DNA of 64,000 nucleotides from Clostridia bacterium (GTDB lineage Bacteria; Bacillota; Clostridia; TANB77; CAG-508): NCBI GenBank assembly GCA_022797635.1, contig JAAWKZ010000001.1, positions 98,702 to 162,701 of the forward strand, read 5' to 3'. Shown piece by piece: positions 10,648 to 19,443 of this stretch (position 1 is its first letter; each line of letters starts with the position of its first letter). The notes under the pieces were generated by a model. It saw only the letters and a program-made list of their open reading frames with translations, ran no database searches and was not told where the DNA came from. The position numbers and the translations under genes were made by a program.

Positions 10648-10689
10648 ACCGTTTTAGAAATTTCCTCTAAAACGGTTTTATTTTTTTTG
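10646..10689 (+). terminator. Rho-independent terminator after the M23 peptidase gene
   Basis: The stem TAAACCGTTTTAG...CTAAAACGGTTTA is followed by a T-run of at least 9 nt. Confidence 0.85.
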
Positions 10690-10790
10690 CTTTTCAATAG
10701 GTACTACTCTCAAAGTATATCCCATAGGGTATAATAATTTGAGTATAGTATATATTTGAGGTGAATATTACTAAAGTTTCATTATCTCTA

Positions 10791-11555
10791 TTAATTCATC
10801 TGTTCTAATACAGGAAATTCCTTTCTATACTTGGCTTGCTCTTCTAAATCCAAATCAACTGTTAATATTCCTTCCTCCTTATTTAAGGATTTCACAACTG
10901 TTCCATCAAAAGAAATAACTTGTGTATTAGCACATAATTTTTCTCCTGTTTGATTGCAAGCACAAAAATATACTTGATTTTCTATTGCTCTTGCTTTTGT
11001 CAATATATCCCATGCTATCTTTCCTGTATTTACATTAAAATGTGCTGGAAGAAATATAACTTCCACACCATTTTTAATTAGTTCTCTGAAATATTCTGGA
11101 AACCTTAAATCAAAGCATATTCCTATCCCTACTTTTATCCCATCTAATTCAGTTATTCCCAATTGTTCCCCTTTAACTGTATCTTCTCTCTCATCTAGTC
11201 TAAAATCAGGTTTGTTTACTACATACATATACTTTTTGTCATATCTTCCAATTATTTCTCCTTTACGATTGATTGAAAAGCATGTATTAGTTGTTTTATT
11301 AGAATTTTCTTTTTCTAAAGCTACACTTCCTAAAATAATATTTACGTTATTTATTTTTGCAAAATCTCGGTACTTCTGTATTTCTTCTAACTTTACCCTT
11401 CCACCTTCAAAATCTTTTCCCCAAGAAAGGAAAAGTTCTGATAAGCAAATAATATCTGGCTTTTCTTTTATTGCTTGGCTGAATAGTTTAAATGCTTTTT
11501 CTTCATTTTCCAGTTTGGTTCCATTTGACTCCATCTGAATTAAACTAACTCTCAT
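10791..11555 (-). CDS. carbon-nitrogen hydrolase (nitrilase superfamily) protein
   Basis: The track ORF is 10791-11624. I place the start at the ATG at 11553-11555 (MRVSLIQME), which follows GGAGGG. The catalytic Cys context is GIGICFDLRFPE. Confidence 0.8.
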   Translation of the reverse strand: MRVSLIQMESNGTKLENEEKAFKLFSQAIKEKPDIICLSELFLSWGKDFEGGRVKLEEIQKYRDFAKINNVNIILGSVALEKENSNKTTNTCFSINRKGEIIGRYDKKYMYVVNKPDFRLDEREDTVKGEQLGITELDGIKVGIGICFDLRFPEYFRELIKNGVEVIFLPAHFNVNTGKIAWDILTKARAIENQVYFCACNQTGEKLCANTQVISFDGTVVKSLNKEEGILTVDLDLEEQAKYRKEFPVLEQMN

Positions 11556-11586
11556 TTCAACTTTCCCTCCATTTTCCCTACTTTTG

Positions 11587-12138
11587 TCACTCTTTATACA
11601 AATTTTGATACATCTCATAATCATTCAAAATTCTTCTCACATACATATTCGTTTCTTTATATGGTATATTTTCCAAATCTGTGCCATCAGCCTTAATCGT
11701 TCCTCTTTCTATCCAATTGTTTACATTTCCCATTCCTGCGTTATAAGCAGCTAATGCAATTCCTACTTGATTATCATATTTTTCTAATAATTGTGAAAAA
11801 TAATAGGTTCCTAATCTAATATTCGTTTCTGGGTCATATAAATCTACTTCTACTTGCTTTGATAATTCTATAGCAGTTTTATCCATTAGTTGCATAAGTC
11901 CTTTTGCATCATTATGTGATTTGGCTTGTGGATTAAAATCACTTTCCGCTTTAATAATCGCAAAAATTAGTAAAGGGTCTACTTCACATTCTTCAGCATA
12001 TTTTGTCACATATTCAGCATATTCTTGTGGATATGCTATTTTCATTATCTTGTTTTCCAAGCCTAATAAATGAAATAAAACAAAATATAAGATAAAAATA
12101 AATATTAATAGTATCAATAATCTTTTTAATACTTTCAC
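11587..12138 (-). CDS. lytic transglycosylase (Slt domain) with N-terminal TM helix
   Basis: Contains AIIKAESDFNPQAKSHNDAKGLMQL and AYNAG motifs. Confidence 0.85.
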   Translation of the reverse strand: MKVLKRLLILLIFIFILYFVLFHLLGLENKIMKIAYPQEYAEYVTKYAEECEVDPLLIFAIIKAESDFNPQAKSHNDAKGLMQLMDKTAIELSKQVEVDLYDPETNIRLGTYYFSQLLEKYDNQVGIALAAYNAGMGNVNNWIERGTIKADGTDLENIPYKETNMYVRRILNDYEMYQNLYKE

Positions 12139-12166
12139 TTGACTTTCTAAACTCTCCTTTGTTTCC

Positions 12167-14899
12167 CTATTTTACCTCATACCAGTTGCCTGCTTCTGAA
12201 ACTTCTACTTCTAATGGAATATCTAATGTTACAGCTTGCTCCATAGAGTCTTTTAGAATTTGTTTTACTTGTTCTTTTTGTTCTTCTTTACATTCTATTA
12301 ATAACTCATCATGAATTTGCAAAATTAATTTGGCATCTAATTTTTCTTCTCTTAATCTATCAAAAACTTTTATCATAGCAATTTTCATAATATCTGCTGC
12401 TGTTCCTTGAATTGGTGTATTCATTGCTGCTCTTGTTCCAAACTGTCTTACCATATAGTTGCTAGAAGAAAGTTCTGTAATATATCTTCTACGATGATAC
12501 AAGGTCTCTACATATCCTTTTTCTTTTGCCTCTTCTACTATATCATTCATAAAGGCTTTTACACCTTCATATTTATTCAAATATTGTTCAATATAGTTTT
12601 CTGCTTTTTTACGGCTAATTCCTAACTGTTCTGCTAATCCAAATCCACTAATACCATACACAATTCCAAAGTTTACTGCTTTAGCTGCACTTCTTTGCTC
12701 TTTGGTTACATCTTCTTGTGGAACATTAAATACTTTAGAAGCAACTTGTCTATGAATATCTTCCTCATTTAAGAAAGCTTGTTTCATGGTTTCATCTTGT
12801 GAAATATGAGCTAATATACGCAGTTCAATTTGTGAATAATCTGCATCAATAAAAATATTGCCTTCCTCTGCTTTAAATGCTTTTCTAATTTGCTTTCCTT
12901 GTTCTGCTCTAGTTGGGATATTTTGCAAATTTGGTTCTGTTGAGCTTATTCTTCCAGTAGCAGTAATAGTTTGATGGAAATATGAGTGAATTCTATTTGT
13001 TTGTTGATTTACATATGGTAACAAACCTTCTACATAAGTAGAATTGAGTTTTACAAGACTACGATATTCCAATAATTTCTCAATAATTGGGTGTTCTGGA
13101 CGTAATTTTTCTAGTACATCTACATCAGTGGAATATCCTTTTTTAGTTTTCTTGTATACTGGCAATTTTAATTTTTCAAACAATACAATACCTAATTGTT
13201 GTGTAGAATTAATATTAAATTCTTCCCCACTTAGGTTATATATTTCTTGTTTCAAAGTCTCTATTTGTTCTTTTAATTTGTCACCAAAACTAATTAATTC
13301 TTCTTTGTCTAAATAAATACCTTCATATTGCATGTTTGCTAAAACTTTTACCAATGGCATCTCAATATTTTGAAATAACTCTGTTGCATTTGTCTCTTCT
13401 AATTTTGGTAACATCATTTCTTGTAATTTTGCAATAGTATATACATACATTGCATTTTGGTATCTCTCAAAATCTAAACTAGTATCTGTTTCTTGAGCAA
13501 ATAAAGTCATTTGCTTTTCTTGCTCTTGTTTCATTCCCATTGCTTCTAAATAGCCTGTAAGATCCATTTTTAAATATTGATTTGCAAGTTCTTCTAAAGT
13601 ATAATGACTAATACTAGAATTTAATAAATATCCAGTAATTTCACTATCGAAATAAATTCCGTTTAAATCAATTCCTAGCTCTCTCCATAAAACAATATCT
13701 TCCTTCATACGATAACTATATTTTTTTACTGAGTTATCTTCTAAAACTTCTTTAAAATTTTGAACAAATAATTCTACATGATTCATTGGAATTTCATAAA
13801 CAACTTGAGATATTATCATATAAAGTGTAGTCATTTTTTTAGGAATAACTGCTAAAGTCTCTTGCCTCTCTGCTTTTTCTTTTTGTAAGAAATATATCAG
13901 CTTTCCTTCTTGTTTTATAGCTTCTACTAGTTTTTGTATCTTTGAAGTGTCTTCTAAGCTAAGAGTTTCTATTGTAAATAATTCGTTAATATCTTGTGGC
14001 ATTTCTAGTTTTCCTTGTAATCCAAAACGTTCAATAAAACGATTAAAATTTAGTTCTTTAAATTTAGCATATACCGCTTCTTCGTTCCATTCTTGTCTTT
14101 TAAAATCTTCTACTTTTTCTTCAATTGGAACCTGAACATTAATCGTTCCTAAGGTTCTAGAGAGTTCCGCTAGTTCTCTATTAGCAATCAGCTTTTCTTT
14201 TGTTTTTGGCTTTAAGTCTGCCTTATCTCTTTCTATTTCTAAATAAAGATTAGCAATGGAATGATACTTCTGGATAAGTTCTAGTGCCGTCTTTTCTCCA
14301 ATTCCTGGAATGCCTGGAATATTATCAGAAGTATCACCTTGTAAGCCTTTTACTTCTATTAATTGTTTTGGCATAATACCATACTTTTCCCAAATAGCAT
14401 CTTCGTCAAATACATCTACTTCTGTTTTCCCCATTTTTGTATGTGGAATACGTACTTTAATATGATTAGAAGTTAATTGGAAAGTATCTCTATCTCCTGA
14501 AACAATGGTAACATCTAGCCTTTTTCTTTCAGCCTTTTTGGCTATTGTTCCCAAAATATCATCTGCCTCATAGCCTTCCATCTCAACAATAGTAATATTC
14601 ATAGCCCTTAAAATATCTTTTAGCATTGGCATTTGTTCAGCAAGTTCATTAGGCATTCCTTTGCGATTCGCCTTATAGCCTTCATACATCTTGTGCCTTG
14701 CTGTTGGAGCCTTCAAATCAAAGGCAACCATAAGATATTCAGGCTTTATATCCTCCAATACTTTAAATAGAATTGCCAAAAAACCATAGATGGCATTTGT
14801 ATATTTACCATCTGGTGTCATTAACATTTTAGAACCCATTATTCCATAAAAAGCTCTATTTAAAATACTGTTTCCATCAATTAAGACTATTTTTTCCAT
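12167..14899 (-). CDS. polA: DNA polymerase I
   Basis: Has a 5' nuclease domain (LIDGNSILNRAFY) and pol A motifs (DYSQIELR, QIHDELLIE). The track starts at a TTG at 14914. I prefer the ATG at 14897-14899, which is preceded by GGAGGA. Confidence 0.95.
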   Translation of the reverse strand: MEKIVLIDGNSILNRAFYGIMGSKMLMTPDGKYTNAIYGFLAILFKVLEDIKPEYLMVAFDLKAPTARHKMYEGYKANRKGMPNELAEQMPMLKDILRAMNITIVEMEGYEADDILGTIAKKAERKRLDVTIVSGDRDTFQLTSNHIKVRIPHTKMGKTEVDVFDEDAIWEKYGIMPKQLIEVKGLQGDTSDNIPGIPGIGEKTALELIQKYHSIANLYLEIERDKADLKPKTKEKLIANRELAELSRTLGTINVQVPIEEKVEDFKRQEWNEEAVYAKFKELNFNRFIERFGLQGKLEMPQDINELFTIETLSLEDTSKIQKLVEAIKQEGKLIYFLQKEKAERQETLAVIPKKMTTLYMIISQVVYEIPMNHVELFVQNFKEVLEDNSVKKYSYRMKEDIVLWRELGIDLNGIYFDSEITGYLLNSSISHYTLEELANQYLKMDLTGYLEAMGMKQEQEKQMTLFAQETDTSLDFERYQNAMYVYTIAKLQEMMLPKLEETNATELFQNIEMPLVKVLANMQYEGIYLDKEELISFGDKLKEQIETLKQEIYNLSGEEFNINSTQQLGIVLFEKLKLPVYKKTKKGYSTDVDVLEKLRPEHPIIEKLLEYRSLVKLNSTYVEGLLPYVNQQTNRIHSYFHQTITATGRISSTEPNLQNIPTRAEQGKQIRKAFKAEEGNIFIDADYSQIELRILAHISQDETMKQAFLNEEDIHRQVASKVFNVPQEDVTKEQRSAAKAVNFGIVYGISGFGLAEQLGISRKKAENYIEQYLNKYEGVKAFMNDIVEEAKEKGYVETLYHRRRYITELSSSNYMVRQFGTRAAMNTPIQGTAADIMKIAMIKVFDRLREEKLDAKLILQIHDELLIECKEEQKEQVKQILKDSMEQAVTLDIPLEVEVSEAGNWYEVK

Positions 14900-14916
14900 T
14901 GTTTCCTCCTTCAAGG

Positions 14917-14938
14917 TGTGTCCCCAAAACTGACATTA
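14917..14938 (-). repeat. short copy of the stop-codon-abutting motif (TAATGTCAGTTTTGGGGACACAC)
   Basis: It has the same 5' module as the long repeats and starts in the TAA of the APH-family gene. It sits 20 nt upstream of the polA RBS. Confidence 0.6.
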
Positions 14939-15767
14939 ATAAATCCCTATTCCTCTCATGTAATTAATATATCCTTGGTCAATATTAATCCATTCTGTAA
15001 TTTTGCCCTCTAATTTTTCCACATCAAGTTTTGTTTGAGTATATTTTTCATAGTTACGAATAATTTCTTGTTTAAAATTCTTTGGACAATTCCTACTAAG
15101 AATTCTAGCTACATCATCATAAATATTTCCATAACCTGCAAATCCAAAATCAATAATAGCAGTTACTTTATTGTTATTATCTAATAAGACATTACTTAAG
15201 TTTAAATCTCCATGTACTAAACATTCTGGCTTTTCTACAGTATCTGCAAATTTCCAAAATGCCCTATCTTCTTTGCTTACATGTTTTGTTAATAACTCAT
15301 CTAAAAACTCTGATAAATTCAAACCAATATCATTGATTGTAAAAATCTTTTCTTTTTGAAAATCTAACTGATGTAATTCAGCCATAAATTTTGCGATATC
15401 TTCTGATACTTGTGCAATTTCTTCTTCTGATAATTGTTCTATTTTCTCAGCAAGAGGAGTACCTACAATCTTTTTGTGCATGCTAAAAGGTCTACCCTCA
15501 TCTCTTTTTAATTCTAACTGGCAAGTATCAAAAGTAGTTTTTTGATAAATATATCCGTGCAAATTCACTATCTTTTACAATTGTCCTAGACCAAAATTCA
15601 TCACGTGGGAAGCGGAAAAAATAGTTTCCTTCATTTGTTTCTACTTCATATACAATGTTAGTCCAACCAGTTGTAATTAAATTCATTGCTTTTATGTCTT
15701 TTCCCACTAATGCTTTTTTGATAATTGGTTCAAAGTTTTCGTTTATGTTAAAATATACTTCACTCAT
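14936..15767 (-). CDS. aminoglycoside/choline-kinase-type phosphotransferase (APH family), interrupted by a +1 frame change at CGG_A
   Basis: The two track ORFs are 15528-15767 and 14936-15568. Skipping C15557 gives ...RTIVKDSEFA-G-YIYQKTTFDTCQLELK. The downstream part has HGDLNLSNVLLD and IDFGFAG. Confidence 0.8.
15554..15557 (-). other. CGG_A frame-change junction (GCA CGG A)
   Basis: The in-frame CGG of the upstream ORF is followed by A. The +1 frame GGA continues the protein. Confidence 0.7.
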
Positions 15768-15791
15768 GTCTTTAATTCCCTTCTTCTTTTA

Positions 15792-15913
15792 TTGTCGTAC
15801 TTAAGGACGTTAAGTCAGCTGTGTGAAGCAAAGCGAGCTACAGATGACTTATGCGATGGAACGTAGTGAAATGCATAGTTTGTGCGACATTTGTCCCCAA
15901 GTGTGACATTCTA
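15792..15913 (-). repeat. intercistronic repeat element, long copy B, between the CapA-family gene and the APH-family gene
   Basis: Its core is nearly identical to 3588-3706. The minus-strand start TAGAATGTCACACTTGGGGACAAATGTCGCAC overlaps the CapA stop. The closing helix is changed in a compensatory way (GTCGCAC/GTACGAC). Confidence 0.7.
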
Positions 15914-17176
15914 TATGATTTTCTCTGAATACGCTGGTACTACTACCATATCCTTATCATACATTTGTACTATCTCTTTATATCTTTCATGTACTTTTTG
16001 ATAGCCTGGCAAATATTTTGCTATATCTTGATTGCTAAATGGTATTACTCTAAAGTTGCTCCATGTGGCTTGGTTATAGTAAGTATAAATGAATTCATTT
16101 TCTACATTATCTATTTTTATTGAACTTTTTCCATCCTTTGTTGTTTTCGTAATTCTTAAAGAACTCATTAATCCTACAGTTTTATTGTAATTTTCATCTT
16201 GATATTGTGCTGAAATGAAATTTCCTAAAGAATAGAATACTAATGTATCATCTATCCATTCTACAGGTTCTAATACATGAGGATGTGTTCCAATTACTAA
16301 GTCTACTCCTTGTTCTGCCAAAAACTTCGCTTCATCTTTTTGATAAGCAGAAGGCTCTTTCGTATATTCTATTCCACAATGCATTGCTACAATTAATACA
16401 TCTACTTTGTCTCTTACTCTTTTAATATCTTCTTTTACTTTTTCTTTATATGCTTGATATTTCGTATCTTTTTTTGGGTCATTAATGGATAAATCTGTTG
16501 GCCATACATTTACTAGATATTCTTTTCCTGTAGGTACTGGTATTCCATTCGTTCCATAAGTATAATTTAGCATAGTATAGGTAATTCCATTTACTTGTTT
16601 AATTTGCAGTTCATCTCTTTGTTCAAAAGATTGATAGCTTCCTACTGCTAATACATTTTTTTGCTTATCCCAATAAGCTCTTGAGTTTAAAATAGCTTGT
16701 TCTCCTCTATCCATGGTGTGATTACTTGCTGTACTGACTAGATTAAATCCTGCATCTAACATATCGCCACCAGCTTCATAAGGCGAATTGAAACATGGAT
16801 AATCAGATAATCCCATTTTGCTTCCACCTAAAATAGTTTCTTGGTTATAGTAAGCAATATCATAGTTTTTAACTTTTTCTTTAATTAATCTAAGCATTGG
16901 CTTAAAGTCATATCCTTTATTATCTGCATTTCTGTGTGCTTCTTTATAAATACTACTATGAACTAGATTATCTCCCACCATAATAAGAGAAGCACTTGTT
17001 GTTTCTTCTTTAGGCTTTTCTTGTTCTATTTTGTTTTCTTCTTTACCACTTGCTGTTCCTATAGTTTCTACTGTATCTGGATACATTTTTAGAATTACTA
17101 AAGCAATTACTGCTATTACTAAAATAAATGTTGCAATAATAACTACTTTTTTTCCTACATTCTTTTCTTTTTTCAT
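15911..17176 (-). CDS. CapA family (poly-gamma-glutamate synthesis/metallophosphatase-like) protein, membrane anchored
   Basis: 421 aa with an N-terminal TM helix and the CapA-type motifs MVGDNLVHS, STASNHTMD and GTHPHVLEP. Confidence 0.8.
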   Translation of the reverse strand: MKKEKNVGKKVVIIATFILVIAVIALVILKMYPDTVETIGTASGKEENKIEQEKPKEETTSASLIMVGDNLVHSSIYKEAHRNADNKGYDFKPMLRLIKEKVKNYDIAYYNQETILGGSKMGLSDYPCFNSPYEAGGDMLDAGFNLVSTASNHTMDRGEQAILNSRAYWDKQKNVLAVGSYQSFEQRDELQIKQVNGITYTMLNYTYGTNGIPVPTGKEYLVNVWPTDLSINDPKKDTKYQAYKEKVKEDIKRVRDKVDVLIVAMHCGIEYTKEPSAYQKDEAKFLAEQGVDLVIGTHPHVLEPVEWIDDTLVFYSLGNFISAQYQDENYNKTVGLMSSLRITKTTKDGKSSIKIDNVENEFIYTYYNQATWSNFRVIPFSNQDIAKYLPGYQKVHERYKEIVQMYDKDMVVVPAYSEKII

Positions 17177-17322
17177 TTCTTTACTACTCCTATGTTTCCT
17201 TACTATATCATACTTTTTTATTATTTGCTTAGATTTAAGAAATTTCCCCTTTATTTTTAAGAAAATATCAAGAATTGTTTTCGGCCTTTATTAACTTCTA
17301 CTATATCAATAATATTTTCTAT

Positions 17323-17655
17323 TTAATATTCTTTACGTACACGTAAAATAATTTCTTGGTTCTTATCTTTAACTGCTTGTAATTTCTTTCCTAATTCTTT
17401 CCTTATTTGTTCAGGTACAGGAGTATTATCATACTTATTTGCATATTGGCAATAAGTTTTTCTAAAATCTTCCCATTTTAATTCTAAATCGTTAAATAGA
17501 ATATTAAATGTTTCTAAATCAAATTTATTAGTATCATAATATTGGACGATCTTCAATATTTCTTGTTGTATATTTTCTATTCCATCTCCTATCTTGTTTG
17601 GATTTTTGCCTACTTCAATATTAGTATTAATAAAAGTATCATTTAGGCTTTGCAA
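17323..17655 (-). CDS. hypothetical protein. The frame stays open upstream to 17760, and no ATG start is present.
   Basis: 110-aa ORF starting at a TTG that follows GGAG. I recognise no family. Confidence 0.4.
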   Translation of the reverse strand: MQSLNDTFINTNIEVGKNPNKIGDGIENIQQEILKIVQYYDTNKFDLETFNILFNDLELKWEDFRKTYCQYANKYDNTPVPEQIRKELGKKLQAVKDKNQEIILRVRKEY

Positions 17656-17723
17656 TTTTCTCCAAAATGAAATAATGACTTCATCTCTTATGTCTTGGCG
17701 TTTATTTTCTTTTTCTATTCTTT

Positions 17724-18362
17724 CTAATAGTTTTTGTTGTATAAAAAAACTATTAGTCCGTTAAAAAGAATAGGCAGAATCAATATAATCCAATCTTTCG
17801 CTTCCATTTTTTTCTCTCTTTCTTTTTCAATTTGCTTCCTATATCTATCTTCCTCCGAAAAAATACAACCACAATATTTTTGCATATACATTCCTAGTTC
17901 TCTTGCTTTTGCTTGTCCATCACGAAATCCTACTCTAAAATCACGATATAAAAAAGTAAGTCCATATTTTTTTGCTATCTCTTCTGCTATTCTCCTTAGC
18001 TCTTCATGCTTTTGATAAGGGCTCACTAGTAATGTAGTAGTAATAGCATCATATCCATTTTCTTTTGCATACTTAGCTGTTTGTTCTAGTCTTACAATAT
18101 AACAATAGTCTATACATCTTGTTTCCAATGATCCTACAACATTTTTACAAAAATTATCTAATCCATAATCTTCTTCAAAAATTGCTTGTATCTGAATACT
18201 CTGTGTGTATTCTTTCAAGCAATCCCTTCTAGCCTTGTATTCCATATATGGATGAATATTTGGATTATACCAATAAATTGTTGGCTCTATTCCTTCTGCT
18301 CTTAAACTATCTATACAATATACACTGCATGGTGCACAGCATGTGTGCATTAAAAGTTTCAT
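17724..18362 (-). CDS. queH: epoxyqueuosine reductase QueH (DUF208) with an in-frame C-terminal hydrophobic tail
   Basis: Starts MKLLMHTCCAPCSVY and has the CGC motif. The last ~27 aa (MEAKDWIILILPILFNGLIVFLYNKNY) form a TM-like segment. Confidence 0.8.
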   Translation of the reverse strand: MKLLMHTCCAPCSVYCIDSLRAEGIEPTIYWYNPNIHPYMEYKARRDCLKEYTQSIQIQAIFEEDYGLDNFCKNVVGSLETRCIDYCYIVRLEQTAKYAKENGYDAITTTLLVSPYQKHEELRRIAEEIAKKYGLTFLYRDFRVGFRDGQAKARELGMYMQKYCGCIFSEEDRYRKQIEKEREKKMEAKDWIILILPILFNGLIVFLYNKNY

Positions 18363-18380
18363 TTTCTCACCTTCTTCATT

Positions 18381-18415
18381 CTGTCAGTTAAACATACGTC
18401 CCCAACCTGACATTA
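18381..18415 (-). repeat. short copy of the stop-codon-abutting motif forming a hairpin (TAATGTCAGGTTGGGGACGTATGTTTAACTGACAG)
   Basis: It starts in the ruvB TAA. It has the same TGTCAG..GGGGAC module plus the distal arm AACTGACA, but lacks the ~90-nt core. Confidence 0.6.
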
Positions 18416-19417
18416 TCCCTCATAAGTTACTCCTATATGGCTATATGCTGCTGGCATGGCAATTCTTCCCCTAGCAGTTCTAGCTAAGAATCCAATTTGA
18501 ATTAAATATGGCTCATACATATCTTCTACTGTTTCGCTGTCCTCTCCAATTGTGGTTGCCACTGTTTCAATGCTAATTGGTCTTCCATTATACTTAATAA
18601 TCATTGTTTCTAATATCTTTCTATCTATGTCATCTAGTCCCATTTCATCTATTTCTAATCTATTTAATGCAGTTTTTGCTATTTTTAAAGTAATGTTTCC
18701 ATCTCCTAAAACTGCTGCATAATCTCTTACTCTTTTTAACAATCTATTTGCAATTCTAGGGGTTCCTCTTGAACGTCTTGCAATTTCTGCTGCTGATTCA
18801 TCATCAATTTCTACTTCTAAAATTTTAGCAGACCTTTTTACAATGGTTGTTAAGTCCTTTGTTTGATACAACTCTAAATGATGAACAATTCCAAACCTAT
18901 CTCTTAATGGTGTAGCTAAGGCTCCTGCTCTAGTAGTAGCACCAATTAGTGTGAATTTTGGTAAATCTAAACGAATAGACCTTGCACTAGGACCTTTTCC
19001 TATCATGATATCTAAAGTATAATCTTCTAAAGCTGGGTATAATATTTCCTCTACGCTTTTGTTTAAACGATGTATTTCGTCAATGAATAGCACATCAAAT
19101 TCAGATAAATTGGTAAGTAATGCTGCTAAATCTCCTGGTTTTTCAATTGCTGGACCTGATGTAATTTTAATATTTGAGTTCATTTCATTAGAAATAATAT
19201 TGGCAAGGGTTGTCTTTCCAAGTCCTGGTGGTCCATATAGTAAAACATGATCAAGAGGCTCACCTCTTTTTTTGGCAGCCTCAATATAGATTTTCATATT
19301 TTCTTTTACTTTATCTTGTCCAATATATTCTTCTAAAGTTTTAGGTCTTAAAGTATTTTCTATTCTTTCTTCTTGAATATCTTCTAATTCTGGACTAATT
19401 AGTCTTTCTTCATCCAT
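18413..19417 (-). CDS. ruvB: Holliday junction branch migration helicase RuvB
   Basis: 334 aa with Walker [10 protein letters not shown], then FIDEIHRL and the arginine-finger region. Confidence 0.95.
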   Translation of the reverse strand: MDEERLISPELEDIQEERIENTLRPKTLEEYIGQDKVKENMKIYIEAAKKRGEPLDHVLLYGPPGLGKTTLANIISNEMNSNIKITSGPAIEKPGDLAALLTNLSEFDVLFIDEIHRLNKSVEEILYPALEDYTLDIMIGKGPSARSIRLDLPKFTLIGATTRAGALATPLRDRFGIVHHLELYQTKDLTTIVKRSAKILEVEIDDESAAEIARRSRGTPRIANRLLKRVRDYAAVLGDGNITLKIAKTALNRLEIDEMGLDDIDRKILETMIIKYNGRPISIETVATTIGEDSETVEDMYEPYLIQIGFLARTARGRIAMPAAYSHIGVTYEG

Positions 19418-19443
19418 TCTTTTGCCTTCCTTTTTGGTATTTT

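Noticed and set aside
10700-10790. Palindrome-like sequence (TATATCCCATAGGGTATAAT and flanks) downstream of the C-N hydrolase gene
   Set aside because: Only a 3-bp CCC/GGG stem actually pairs, and the outer arms are imperfect. No convincing terminator or operator can be supported.
17758-17760. CGG at 17758-17760, which is in-frame with the downstream ORF 17323-17655 when that frame is extended upstream
   Set aside because: It is immediately preceded by an in-frame TAA. In the queH frame the same bases read AAC GGA (Asn-Gly). It is therefore not a sixth CGG_A junction.
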